Assembly: GCF_036365525.1 (NCBI RefSeq) | Contig: NC_090395.1 | Location: forward strand, 65,683,326-65,747,325 | Direction of reading: 5' to 3' | Length of the DNA: 64,000 bases | Source: Heterodontus francisci | Taxonomy: Eukaryota | Shown here: piece after piece, positions 12,363 to 25,799 of the stretch | How the letters are laid out: every line of letters starts with the position of its first letter | Numbering within the stretch: the stretch's first letter is position 1 | The notes under the pieces: model-generated | The model's input: the letters and a program-made list of their open reading frames with translations, nothing else | What the model was told of the DNA's origin: nothing | Databases searched by the model: none | Position numbers and translations under genes: made by a program

Positions 12363-14371
12363 ATGTTCTTGAAGGCGGGATTACCGTCTTTAAAGGGACA
12401 GGGTTCCCAGTACACGACATTAGGCATCAAAACAGAGGAAGATTGCTGTGTGGGGGTGGGGGGGGGGGGTGGGGGGGCAGGGGGGCACGAAGAGGCCGAG
12501 GCAGGACTCCCCCCACCTTCTCAGCCCAGCGCAGGAAGCCCTGCCTGCTTCACAAAATACAGCCTTATGATTCCAACAGTAAGGCAGATAGTTGTGTTCT
12601 TAGCTGGCGACTTGCACATCATAAGTGAGCAGGAGTGGATGGTGGATGCAGGGACAGCAGTGGGGAGTCTGCATTGGCCACCATAGGGCACTGAAGGCTT
12701 TGTTCAGCTGTATGCAGATGCTGCACCTTGCAGGCTGTTAATGAACAGGATGTTCCTGGGGCAGCAGCAAAGAATGTGTGGTGTACAGGCAGGCTTTCCA
12801 GTTGCACCGTGCATGCTCACAGAGAGATTGGAAGAGTCCGTCTCAAGTGTGAGGTGGCATTATGTCACAAGCCTTTGCAATGATATCTTCATCAATGAAA
12901 GAGTAGCCTCCTGCATGGAGCAACAAATGTGGCAATCACACAAATAGGATAAATCACCCCCTCGCATTGACCATTCATTCTCCCACTGATCTCCAGCAAG
13001 GTGTTCTCCAGTGGGTGAGCCATGGGAGGGGTGATGGTGAAAGAAGACATGGATGTGGGGACTTGGTTCAAAGTATTTTAACTTCTCGCCTGTTGCCCTT
13101 CATCCCACCTCATTCAGTACCCCACATGTTGCCTCATGTCTGATGGAGGAGTCTGTTCCTGCACAGATGCAGATGCAGCAGTCTTTGCCAGGGCCTTCAT
13201 AGACTCCAAAACCCAGAGGTCACCAGCTAAGAGCATCTCAGCAGTCAGAGCAGGGATCTGAGCAGCCCACCCCTACCTCTGCTGATACCACAGGGGTTGC
13301 ATCATGTAGAAGTGCACAGAAAAGGAAGAATAACAACTTTTAGTTGCACAAGTGTATGCAGATGGATGTTTGTGAACATTTTTATATTGTTAAGTGAGCC
13401 CCCTGCTACACTGGTGTTCCAATGTGTTATGGAAACGTATCCTCTGCCTGTACACCCTGTGTTGCAGGGACAACCTCCTGTGAGCTAAGGTCCAAAATAA
13501 AACAGGATAAGCGGCACTCGCACTGATCTGATAGATAACATGGGCAAAGTGCAGAGCAGACGTCAAAACCTCCACAGTTGTGAAAATAACATCTCAGCAC
13601 AAATACTGTGAACAAATCCTCTCACACAATCAGACAAGAAATCAGCAGACAGGTTTCTGTACTTATTGGTGTTTCCTAGTCCTGTGTTCAGCCTCCTCAA
13701 TTCCCAATGTCTTCTCACCTTGCTTTCACTGGCAAGTTCCAGGAAGCCTGGGAGACCCGTGCACCCACAGTTAGTTTCCAAAGTTCATGTAACATTACAC
13801 AAAATGACCAATTAACATCCTGAAATTGACAACAGCATCTCTGAAGGAGTTTGCTCCCACACAGACTGACACGCTCCAGTTACATGCACAATTTGGGGTG
13901 TTGGATTGGCTTCCCAACCCATTGTCAATTACTGTGTCTTTAACCACCTCCTCACCACCACTCACCCCCAAACCCACGTGCTCCTGCAAGGTACCACGAG
14001 TAACAACTTGCTGTTCACTCCTTTTGTTATTGTCTATTAGCTTTAGTCACAATGCAAACATCAGACAGTGTGATATTTAATATAGTTCAGAGACAGAAAA
14101 TGTGATAAGCATCCCATGTGATGTCTATCAAAACTCCATATATTTAAAGGAATTGTTGGTCCAATAACAATTGAAATTCTTGGTCAGAAAATTGGACAGG
14201 CCATGAATTGGGTGTGTAACACAAGCCAGATTTCCCGACCTCTGCCCGTAACCTGCCAGATTCTGCACTGCTGTGGAGCCTCCGGATATCGGAGCTGTCA
14301 TGTTTCTCCCAGATAAAACATTGATCAGACATTTCAGTAGAGAGTAATAAGAAAATCACTTGGAGATGTAC

Positions 14372-16230
14372 CATAAGATATTTGTAGATGTACAGGAAAT
14401 ATGGAATCAGTTTCATATTTATCAATACCACAGCTGTACCATCCTGTATCCTCAAAGCGAAGATCCTTCATTGCCAGAAGCTGGCCGAGCGCGTCTACCC
14501 TGAGGCACAGTGTGGCTTTCGTGCAGAGAGATCGACTATTGACATGCTGTTCTCCCTTCGTCAGCTACAGGAGAAATGCCGTGAACAACAGATGCCCCTC
14601 TACATTGCTTTCATTGATCTCACCAAAGCCTTTGACCTCGTCAGCAGACGTGGTCTCTTCAGACTACTAGAAAAGATCGGATGTCCACCAAAGCTACTAA
14701 GTATCATCACCTCATTCCATGACAATATGAAAGGCACAATTCAACATGGTGGCTCCTCATCAGAGCCCTTTCCTATCCTGAGTGGTGTGAAACAGGGCTG
14801 TGTTCTCGCACCCACACTTTTTGGGATTTTCTTCTCCCTGCTGCTTTCACATGCGTTCAAATCCTCTGAAGAAGGAATTTTCCTCCACACAAGATCAGGG
14901 GGCAGGTTGTTCAACCTTGCCCGTCTAAGAGCGAAGTCCAAAGTACGGAAAGTCCTCATCAGAGAACTCCTCTTTGCTGACGATGCTGCTTTAACATCTC
15001 ACACTGAAGAATGCCTGCAGAGTCTCATCGACAGGTTTGCGTCTGCCTGCAATGAATTTGGCCTAACCATCAGCCTCAAGAAAACGAACATCATGGGGCA
15101 GGATGTCAGAAATGCTCCATCCATCAATATTGGCGACCACGCTCTGGAAGTGGTTCAAGAGTTCACCTACCTAGGCTCAACTATCACCAGTAACCTGTCT
15201 CTAGATGCAGAAATCAACAAGCGCATGGGTAAGGCTTCCACTGCTATGTTCAGACTGGCCAAGAGAGTGTGGGAAAATGGCGCACTGACACGGAACACAA
15301 AAGTCCGAGTGTATCAGGCCTGTGTCCTCAGTACCTTGCTCTACGGCAGCGAGGCCTGGACAACGTATGCCAGCCAAGAGCGACGTCTCAATTCATTCCA
15401 TCTTCGCTGCCTTCGGAGAATACTTGGCATCAGGTGGCAGGACTATATCTCCAACACAGAAGTCCTTGAAGCGGCCAACATCCCCAGCTTATACACACTA
15501 CTGAGTCAGCGGCGCTTGAGATGGCTTGGCCATGTGAGCCGCATGGAAGATGGCAGGATCCCCAAAGACACATTGTACAGCGAGCTCGCCACTGGTATCA
15601 GACCCACCGGCCGTCCATGTCTCCGTTATAAAGACGTCTGCAAACGCGACATGAAATCGTGTGACATTGATCACAAGTCGTGGGAGTCAGTTGCCAGCAT
15701 TCGCCAGAGCTGGCGGGCAGCCATAAAGACAGGGCTAAATTGTGGCGAGTCGAAGAGACTTAGTAGTTGGCAGGAAAAAAGACAGAGGCGCAAGGGGAGA
15801 GCCAACTGTGCAACAGCCCCAACAAACAAATTTCTCTGCAGCACTTGTGGAAGAGCCTGTCACTCCAGAATTGGCCTTTATAGCCACTCCAGGCGCTGCT
15901 TCACAAACCACTGACCACCTCCAGGCGCGTATCCATTGTCTCTCGAGATAAGGAGGCCCAAAAGAAAAAAAGAAGAAAAGAACCATCCTGTATCCTCAAA
16001 GCGAAGATCCTTCATTGTAACAACAAATTTTCCTTGTGTCTTGTTATCTGTGATTGATATTCTTCCTCGCTGTCCACCTGGCTCATTCGTTTTCACTAAA
16101 TATGTACACTGGTGAGTCCAGCCATGACACCAATATTTCATGTTCGACTGGTAATATCTTTGATAGTGACAATCTATTGTGATCGCTCTTCCCACAACTC
16201 CTGTTACTTTCGTTTTTGCCCACAGTGCAC
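14372..16230 (-). pseudogene. Copy A V1 exon (CD300/pIgR-type Ig V domain) interrupted by an RTE LINE
   Basis: Acceptor CAG|GT at 16230; GALWAKTKVTGVVGRAITIDCHY..KYWCHGWTHQC..GRISITD..DTGW, then the RTE, then YSCGIDKYETDSIFPVHLQISY with donor G|GTAC at 14372. Confidence 0.9.
14474..15981 (+). mobile_element. RTE-clade LINE, 5'-truncated, young; 36-bp TSD (14438-14473 / 15982-16017)
   Basis: PEAQCGFR, FIDLTKAFD, GVKQGC, LLFADD, C-terminal CxxC..H..H; open to 15914; short 3' UTR with A/GAA tail; perfect TSD ACCATCCTGTATCCTCAAAGCGAAGATCCTTCATTG. Confidence 0.95.
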
Positions 16231-17592
16231 CTGAAACTGAGGAGATAACATTTGAGAAATTGAGCAGGAAATAACTGCTTAATGCAAACGGATACATTAG
16301 CATAAGAGTTACCACTGTGTACAGAGGAATCTCTCCACTGTATCTATTAATATGTTGAATTCCTTCTCGTTTGTGAGAATAGAAAACATTAATATAGTGC
16401 CTTATCACAGCCTCAGAATGTGCCAAAACACTTCTCAGCCAATGATTTACTTTTGAAGTAGAGTCATTATTGCAATTGTTTTCACTGTCGTTTAGTGCCA
16501 GTACTCTCACCTCTGGGTTAGTAGATTATATGTTCAAGTCGTACTCCAGCGACCATAGCAAAAAATCTACAATGACATTCCAGTGTAGTACTGAGGGATA
16601 TGCTGTATTTTAGATGAGATGTTAAACAGAGACCCTCTCTGCCCCTTAGATGTAAATGTTGGCACAGCCCTTTTTCAAAGCAGAGCAATGGAGTTTTCCC
16701 TGGTGCTATGGTCAATATTTATCCCTCAACCAACAATCACAAAAAAAAGCTGATCCGTTCATTATTATATTTCTGTTTGTGGGATCTTGATGTGCACAAA
16801 TTGGCTTCCACTTTTTCAATGTTGTAACTGTGACAATACCTTAAAAGAGTAATCGGCTGTAAAGCATATTGAGATGTTTTGTGGTCTTAAATGGCGGTAA
16901 ATAAATACACGACCTTCTTTCTAACAGCAACAACTTAAATTTGAGTTGCTTCTCAATTCATTCAGCAACATGGGAAATGCCAAATTAATTTCTATCCCCT
17001 CAACTTTGTTGGGTGCAACTGGTACAGCAGCAGGATTTGGAGAAGGAAGGTTAACATGTTTCATGCAGCCAAGAACGTAGAAAGGAAGAGGATTGCGGTT
17101 CAGCAAGGGAAGATTCAGGAACTTGGAGATAGGTCAATGAGTAGGACCTTGAGGGAAGTAAAGACAGGATTATTCCCAGTGTCACATGGCCATCCGTATA
17201 AGAATAGTAAGATAATAGAAGTAATTGTCTGGCTGGAGAGATGCTTCAAACGAAAAGGGTTCATATTCTTGTCACATTGGTGCCAGTTCTGAAAGAGGAG
17301 CAGTCTGTAGAGGACGGGAGGATTTTACTTGAACATTTATTAGACCAATGGCCTTGCTTGGAGAGGAACTCATGTTGTGGGGAAAGAGTTTACACTAAAA
17401 TGACAGGAGGAGGGATTAAAAACAAGATGAAGAGGCAGAGAGACAAGCAGAAATGGCAAAGGATGTAGGAAAGATTAAGGAGGGTCAGTGGAGAGATAAA
17501 AGAGATCAGATAGGAGAAGGAAGTATTGAAAAGAGGAAGATAGCCAAACAGACAGAGGCACCCATCAGTCAAATGTACATAATACATAAAGT

Positions 17593-18800
17593 TCTTCTTC
17601 TTTTGGGCCTCCTTATCTCGAGAGACAATGGATACGCGCCTGGAGGTGGTCAGTGGTCTGTGAAGCAGCGCCTGGAGTGGCTATAAAGGCCAATTCTGGA
17701 GTGACAGGCTCTTCCACAGGTGCTGCAGAGAAATTTGTTTGTTGGGGCTGTTGCACAGTTGGCTCTCCCCTTGCGCCTCTGTCTTTTTTCCTGCCAACTA
17801 CTAAGTCTCTTCGACTCGCCACAATTTAGCCCTGTCTTTATAGCTGCCCGCCAGCTCTGGCGAATGCTGGCAACTGACTCCCACGACTTGTGATCAATGT
17901 CACACGATTTCATGTCGCGTTTGCAGACGTCTTTATAACGGAGACATGGACGGCCGGTGGGTCTGATACCAGTGGCGAGCTCGCTGTACAATGTGTCTTT
18001 GGGGATCCTGCCATCTTCCATGCGGCTCACATGGCCAAGCCATCTCAAGCGCCGCTGACTCAGTAGTGTGTATAAGCTGGGGATGTTGGCCGCTTCAAGG
18101 ACTTCTGTGTTGGAGATATAGTCCTGCCACCTGATGCCAAGTATTCTCCGAAGGCAGCGAAGATGGAATGAATTGAGACGTCGCTCTTGGCTGGCATACG
18201 TTGTCCAGGCCTCGCTGCCGTAGAGCAAGGTACTGAGGACACAGGCCTGATACACTCGGACTTTTGTGTTCCGTGTCAGTGCGCCATTTTCCCACACTCT
18301 CTTGGCCAGTCTGAACATAGCAGTGGAAGCCTTACCCATGCGCTTGTTGATTTCTGCATCTAGAGACAGGTTACTGGTGATAGTTGAGCCTAGGTAGGTG
18401 AACTCTTGAACCACTTCCAGAGCGTGGTCGCCAATATTGATGGATGGAGCATTTCTGACATCCTGCCCCATGATGTTCGTTTTCTTGAGGCTGATGGTTA
18501 GGCCAAATTCATTGCAGGCAGACGCAAACCTGTCGATGAGACTCTGCAGGCACTCTTCAGTGTGAGATGTTAAAGCAGCATCGTCAGCAAAGAGGAGTTC
18601 TCTGATGAGGACTTTCCGTACTTTGGACTTCGCTCTTAGACGGGCAAGGTTGAACAACCTGCCCCCTGATCTTGTGTGGAGGAAAATTCCTTCTTCAGAG
18701 GATTTGAACGCATGTGAAAGCAGCAGGGAGAAGAAAATCCCAAAAAGTGTGGGTGCGAGAACACAGCCCTGTTTCACACCACTCAGGATAGGAAAGGGCC
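17593..18800 (-). mobile_element. RTE-clade LINE, same subfamily, 5'-truncated; 20-bp TSD (17573-17592 / 18801-18820)
   Basis: Near-identical to about 14765-15965; TSD ATGTACATAATACATAAAGT; empty site in copy B at about 55376-55395. Confidence 0.95.
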
Positions 18801-18959
18801 ATGTACATAATACATAAAGTAATCTGTGTAAAATGAGTAAGCTAGAGGCACAAATATTTGTGGGGAGATTTGATGTAATAGAATGAACAGAGTTGTGGTT
18901 TAGAGTAGGCTGTACTGGGAGCTTAACATTTCTGGTTACAAAATAGATTCATAATACCC

Positions 18960-19755
18960 CTTTGGTAGCAAAAATAAAAAATAGAATATTTTTCAAAAAG
19001 TGAGAGATTGGGAAATGTTTGCATTCAGAGGGACCTGGATATCCTTGTAAATCAAACACAAAACGTTAACACGCAGGTACAGCCAACAATTAGGAAGGCA
19101 AATGATATGATAACTTTTGTTACAACAGGATTGGTGTGTAAGACTAAATAAGTCTTTCTAGAATTATACAGAGGATTGTGAGGCCTGGAGTATTGTGAAC
19201 AGTTTTGGTCTCCTTACCTACAGAAGGACATACTTCCTCTAGAAGGAGTGCAATGATGGTTCACTAGACTTGTTCCTGGGATGAAGAGATTGACCTACGA
19301 GGAGGGATTGAATGGACTAGGCCGATATTCCCTGGTGTTTAGAACAATGAGTGGTGATCAAATTGGAACATATAAAATTCTTAAGGGGCTTGACAGGGTA
19401 GATGACAGGGTAGATGCTGAGAAAATGTTTCTCCTGGCTGGGAATCTAGAACACATTGTCTCTCAGAATAAGGGATTGGATATTTAGGACTGAAGTGAGG
19501 AGAAATTTCTTCACTCAAAGGGTTATGAAACTTTGGAATTCTCTACCCCAGGGAGCTGTAGATGCTCAGTCGTTGAGTATATTCAAAACAGAGGTTGATA
19601 GATTTTTGGGTACTAAGGGAATTAATGGATATGGAGAATAGTTCGAGAAGGTGAAGTTCAGGTAGGAAATCAACCATGATCTTGTTGAATGGCGAGTAGG
19701 GCTCGAAGGGCCAAATGGCTGACTCCTGATCCTATTTCTTATTTTCTTATGTTGT
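18960..19755 (+). mobile_element. CR1 3' fragment; paralog at 55530-56325
   Basis: YKILKGLDRVD, RRNFFTQRVMKLWNSLP. Confidence 0.8.
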
Positions 19756-20375
19756 GGTGTAAATGAAAGAGGTGGCATTATTAATCAGAAATTCCATTGC
19801 AGCATAATGTTATCAGGTTATATGGGGTGGGAGTGAAAAGCTAAATCTAGTTGGTAAAGTTAAAGAATGAGAAGTAGATGGTTACTTTTGGAAGAGTAAT
19901 GTCGGCCAACCCTCTAGCAGTGAGGATCCGTGTCACTGACAGAGCCTTAAAAAAACAATATTTCATCAAAAGTACTTTAAATGATAGAAGAAATTGCAAA
20001 TTCAAAACCTGTTCGATTCGAGGGTTTATTACCACTGCAGCCATCAGTGTATATTAGACATCAGACTACATTTTTAAAAAATCACTTTTTACACATTTAA
20101 ATATGTTACATTTTAATTAAGTTACCCGTGTAGCTTTCTACAAAGTTAAATGGACCCTTTATTTTGCATTCACAATTAATAATACGGCTTAGTATATATC
20201 AGTAAATATTTCTGTGGTGCTACAGTGTAGTTAAAAAGTATTACAAGGCTGCACACAAAAATTATTCATTTATTTTTGCTAAGTATTTTGTGCCTTTTTT
20301 CCCCCAAGTATAAAGCATACGCTAGGCCTAAATTAACATAGATTATCTGAATATCCAGCTCTGGCTGTCACTTAC

Positions 20376-20412
20376 CGGGCAAGGAACAAATGAAAAGTAT
20401 CAGAATCCACAT
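20376..20412 (-). CDS. Copy A leader (signal peptide) exon of CD300/pIgR-like Ig receptor, MWILILFICSLP(G)
   Basis: ATG at 20412-20410, 12 mostly hydrophobic codons, phase-1 donor G|GTAAG at 20376; paralogous exon at 56908-56944. Confidence 0.85.
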
Positions 20413-21092
20413 TGTTTTCATTGGGATCTTCAGGTCAGCACTTGTTGTCACTCACCCAGCGCTTAGTTCTCAGAGTCAAATAAGTATTTAATGTAACTCA
20501 GTTGAGGAACTTAAATGAGGAAGAAGATAGTAGCAAGCCAGGTCCCAGAAAGTTCTACCCTTTATGCACCTCTAGATTAGAGGTCACAGTTGACCATTAC
20601 TGACACTGGCTGTTCCAGCTTTATGCTGTTTATTAACTGCAGATGTTCTTGCAGCAGACGGCACAGCTCTGCATTTGCCTCTTTGATGACTTGAAGACAA
20701 TTGCTGCCAGGAGGGTGCTGCAATGTCTGCAGATATGGTTGTTGACTTCTTGGGAGGTGTCAACAAGCAGGCTGTGCTTGCTGTTGAATCACCCTGACAA
20801 GTTTCCTGTACTTATTTCCTGTACTATTGCTGAAAGTATAACCACCCAGAATTTGCAGAATGAATTACAGCATTTGAACAATTCAAACCCTTATTAATAT
20901 GCAATACAGCCAGCAACAAGATGCTCCATTAATTTTGAATCACCACAACTTACTGCCTGATGTGTGTTGCTCGCTGTTAGCTTTGTGAAATTGGCAGCTT
21001 ACCCTTAACCTCCCTGTTGCTTTGATGAAGTTGCCACATTTGCCCAGTATTACCCATCAAGATTGGCATAGAATGTTGAGTCTAGTAATTTT

Positions 21093-22165
21093 TGTTAAGT
21101 GTATGTTTTTGAGGACTTATATTTAAAATGTGGAGACGAATTCATTGGAAGGCTGAAGATCTCATGGAAGCTGGACTTTGCTTTGTTTTTGACAACTCAT
21201 TGAAAGGACACTGAGATGGTGTTTAAAAACAACCTTGCTAGAAGTCATGTGCCTTAAGCAATAAACAACAGGAACCTTGGTGACTTGGAGAAGATGTTTA
21301 CAGAGAAATGATAGGTCAAGATTTGTAGGGGTCAGGAGGCTTGACTCTTGAGGTATTGTTTTTGGTTTCCCTTTGGACAGTGTGTTGGGCTGTGAACTGT
21401 TTGAACTGCCTCTGTTTCATTTATATGTTTTCAGAACTTACATAAACAGAAAGAAGAAGTTTGCTTATTGACCTGCCAGGAGAACAGAAGAAGATCCAGC
21501 CAGCTCAGCTTTTTCTCTTGAAAAGACATCCTGCATCAAGTGCGTTTACTATTTCCTCCTGTATTTGAAGAAACCTTTACTGCTACATTGCTGCTATAAG
21601 ACTTAATAAAATCCTTGTTGATGTTTCCTGCTGTAAAGCCTGACTGGACCTTTCTGTGCTGCATCTCTTGTAGGCCTACCCAGACTGATCTTCAACATTG
21701 CCTGGAAGGGACTGTCCTGGGAAGATCCTCGTGACAGCCGTCTATTCGCATTTGGGATGTCTAACAAACAATGGATATCTTTCCATACCTTCTTTTCAGC
21801 ATATGTTTTTTGTCATTCCTTCTGTTTCTTTGTAACAGCTGTAAACAAAAATCCCTGTTTACTCCTGGGTAACTGGTTTTGTGTGTATGTAAGTATGTTA
21901 ATGAGGGCTAGGACAAATAAGGGGTTTTAATATTTCAATTCACGTGCATGTTTGCTTTATTATTGGTTAAGACTTGGTCTATGATAAATGGATAATTTTG
22001 TTGTTTATTAATGAAACATAGTTGGTGTATTTTATTCTGGGATAAGGAGTGGAGTGTATGATTGGCTGCATCAGTAACTGGGTAAACATTTTAAAATATA
22101 TATGTGGTGACATGTGGAGAAGTGGTACTAGAAAAGAGTGCACTCCTCCTGACTCAGTCGTAACA
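21093..22165 (+). mobile_element. Solo LTR about 0.7 kb upstream of the copy A start codon
   Basis: TGTT..TAACA termini, TAATT on both flanks, absent at the copy B site near 57780. Confidence 0.75.
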
Positions 22166-25100
22166 TAATTAACAGTGTGAGTAACCTTTTAACAATGTGA
22201 TAATTATTCATGGCTGCCAATCCACCTCACTGGCTCAGATTGTGAACAATTATATTGTGGAGATTCATTCCTTCGGGTATTGAATTATTGACCCGCATTT
22301 TCGATGGATAGTAACGATGAGGTGAGCAACACTCACTGTTGTTATGGAATAAAGGAGACTGCAATTGCCAGAGTGCACAAACATGCAGTTAAGTGCAGAA
22401 ATGTTGAAGTTGCTGTCCGAATTACCCTGCTTCTCCACAGGCTGCATAACACTGATAGCTTTGATATTGAAATTAATGTAAGGGCGTGAAATTGTGGAAC
22501 TTACTGCCTGGTTACCCATGCAGCTGTGGATCGGTTGGTAGTTCTCTTGCTTTTGAGGCACAAAGATGTGGGTTCAAGTACCACTCCAGGACCTCAGTGC
22601 CAAAAATTAATGTTGACACTCCTGTATAGTAGTGAGGGAGTGCTGCATTGTTGAAGGTAACATCTTTTGGATGAGATGTTGAACCAATTTTGTGGGCCCT
22701 GCAAGAGTGGCTTTGGTAGCGAATAGTGTGATTTAGTTTGGCGTAAGCTGTTTTTTCAGATTTCCGACTGCGGGTTTTTGTATCGCAATGAAGTCAGCAG
22801 CATGTTTGCAGCAGTCCGGGGTTCCCCACACATGGTGGCGGATTGCAGCTTTGTATGTATTTCCATACCATGAATACTCATTACCCTGCACTTAGTTCAA
22901 ATTAAATCCTACCTGCCAGATTAAATTAGCGGCAAACGATATTCCCGTGCCACCTGATTCACATTCATTCAACCGTACACTAGTCGGCTTTGTGCAATTG
23001 TGTCTGACGTCAGTGGTTTCGAGTCTTGTATTCATCGGCACAAGGAAGGCCAACATTGAAATGGATGTTTGGCTCCAGGCTCAGCACCAGCAAGGGAGAA
23101 TTTCCTCAGGCAATGGCAGGAAAGCATGGGAGAGCATACATGGAGGAGCAGGGGAGGGTACTGGGGCAGGACAGGATAGGGTGATCGGTTGGATGGAGGA
23201 GCAGGGGAAAGAGGGGGTCAGGACACATGATGGGGTGATCGAGTACATGAAGGAGCGTAGGAGGGATATTGCCTAGTGCCTGGCATTATATGGGTTATGA
23301 AATTCAAAAACATTATCGTTGGGGGAGGGTTACCTGGTGCTGGGATGAAAACTGAAAGTTGAGGTAAAGTAAGTTCAAAAAACTTTTAGGATTTTCTGTC
23401 GGTGCGATCAACAGATAATTGCAACGGCTGCCAATCCTTCAGGCTTGCAACACAGAATGATTTATAGACATACGGCTCTTGGTGCTTCTGAGAGTGACGG
23501 CAGGTCCCACCTATGAAAGTCCGTCCGCCCCCGCATGATTATATGTGTCTCCTGTGCCTGTTGCCGCACCTTTAATTTGCATGTAAAATTGTGTCTCAAA
23601 TGAGAAAAAGGGCGGAGGCGGAAATACCAACAACTTCCAGGTCAGCTGTTGGAACGCCGTGATACTCGTAAAATCCTGGTCATAGTCTCTGTCTGGCCTC
23701 TCAGGTGGACCTAAACAATCGCATGGCACTATTTCGAAGAGATGCAGGGGAGTTATCCTTGGTTTTCTGGGCAATTATTATTCATCAATGAATATAAAGA
23801 AGATTATCTGATCATTCTCTGATCATTATCATGTTGCTGTTTGTGGGAGCTTGTTGTGCATGAACTGGCGGCTGCATTTCCTAAATTGCAACGGTGACTC
23901 AAAAGTACCTCGTTGGCTGGTGGTCATGGAAGGCGCTATATGAATACAAGTCTTTTATTTTTCTTTCTCTTTTAAACGCATAGAAATGATTAAGGCTGTT
24001 GCATTCAGGTGTAGTTGAATTTTTAGCAGTCTGATCAGTGACAATTTCTGCCAAATTACCTCTGTGGCTCTGAAAATGAAATATTGCAAATGTGGAGTCT
24101 CATTCCTTGAGAATTTAATAAATGTTGGAGGTTTCCAAAAAATAAAATTAATAATGAAAATAGTTTTTCTGCCTATATCTGTTATCTCACTCTCTTAATC
24201 CCATCTTTCTTTCCCAATCCTCATTTTGTTGTCTGTGCATGATTCAAGTCAACTTTATAACTCCTGTTTTATATTTCCTGGTTTATTCTCTGCATGGCTT
24301 GGTGAGGATTCTTCAATCTGATTGATGAATCTTCCTGTTTCTTGGCTTGCTCACAGAGGTCCCAGATCCCCTGCAGAGGGCTGGATTAGAGCCATTATAG
24401 GAAAGCTCTGCTCAAAACACCACAAATACTCTGTGGACAGCTGTCAGTGTAGTGAATGGCGAGTGCTGTTCCTTTGTTGATGGCAAAATCCCAGCTACTG
24501 CTGGAGATTTAAAAAAAGGCTGAGGAACCTATGGAGAAAAAGTGAAGATATGAGACTAAGAATGACTTCCCTTTCAAACAGCCAGCACAGGCACGATGGC
24601 CTTAATGGCCTCCATGTTTGTTGTCATTTTCTATGATTCTACTTTAGGATTGACTCGGCTACAGGACATAGGGCTCTGAAATTGGTTCTGTTTTCATCCA
24701 TTTTCCGTAACATGAACGACAGCTACCTCCTCCGATTTTACTGCTGGTCACCTATTGATGCCACTAGTTTTCCTTGCAACTCAGTTTTCTCTTGTTGCTC
24801 AAACAAAACCAGTTGGAAGGCCTCACTTAATCAATAGCAATACTATGCAGACTACAACAAACAGTAACCATATTTCCAACCTTCCCTGGCCAGTGTGTCA
24901 ATTCGCCTCCAACCATATATACCCAAGTATAGGCCTTTCGAAAAATTCTGAAAAATCCCTGTGCAACAGCTGACAGCATTTCCTTTGAGTCTAAGATATC
25001 TGCCACTCAGTTCCTGGAAGGTATATAAATGTTGAGAGCTGTGGTAACTCTGATTTCACTTAAATTAAGCAAAGTTTAACTGATGACTGTATCTCCCAGT

Positions 25101-25799
25101 CTTTTGGGAGCTCATCATGTAGATCAATCAATAAGTCTTTGCTCAGCTTTGGCCTCTCCTTCTCTTTAAGATTCATCATCTAGCTTAGTAATGCTTCCCT
25201 CTGGGGTAATTTGTCCACACCAAAGCGTGGCTTGTATGATCCCTGTACACCTGTCCACTGTTTCATCAATAAATGGCCCAGCACCCATGATGCTGCCTAT
25301 ATAAAGCCCTGTAACAGTGCAGTTCTTCTTCTCCCAGTTACAAACACAACCCTTCATTTAGTCACTAACACCTACTGTTATTGTACATTTATGGGTTTCT
25401 GCCACACATCAACCCTGAGAATATCAACACATTTTTCTTACAGTTTCAAACCACCATGACCATTGCAAGCTGCATCAACTTGAACACACACATTTTCAGA
25501 CCCCCAATTCTTTCTTTGCTTTATTTATCAAGCCTTAAAGTAGTTGAGGACCGAATGGAATTTTGTTCAAACTGAATTTGTGTTCATTTACAATAGAACA
25601 TTCACTTGCAGCATTTGATGCACAACAAACATTTTTCATTGAAACCAGTAGGAAAATTCAGGCCTCTGAAGACAATCTGTTACACAAGGATAAGACCTGC
25701 ACTCTTAGCAAAACTAAAGAGATGGGACTCTCATTGACAACAGCAGTGGGTTGAGAAGCACGTTCATTTATTATTTTTGCCTCATTAGTGGTGTCAACA

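Larger units (their letters stand above)
1..22620 (+). repeat. Segmental (tandem gene) duplication unit A, paralogous to about 42715-58230
   Basis: Collinear matches: 1~42715, 370~43085, 2815~47806, 6719~48910, 12570~52190, 18820~55395, 20412~56944, 22480~58075. Confidence 0.92.

Noticed and set aside
12440-12490. G-run / G-quadruplex element
   Set aside because: Low-complexity expansion inside a MITE, not conserved in the paralog.
14388-15914. 508-aa ORF as a complete or domesticated RT gene
   Set aside because: The first ~28 codons are the antisense of the Ig V1 exon plus the TSD, fused in frame by chance to a 5'-truncated RTE lacking the endonuclease.
15878-16510. 210-aa ORF as a standalone V-domain membrane protein
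   Set aside because: It is intron read-through, half of V1 and the antisense RTE tail; the hydrophobic end is the reversed A/GAA-rich tail.
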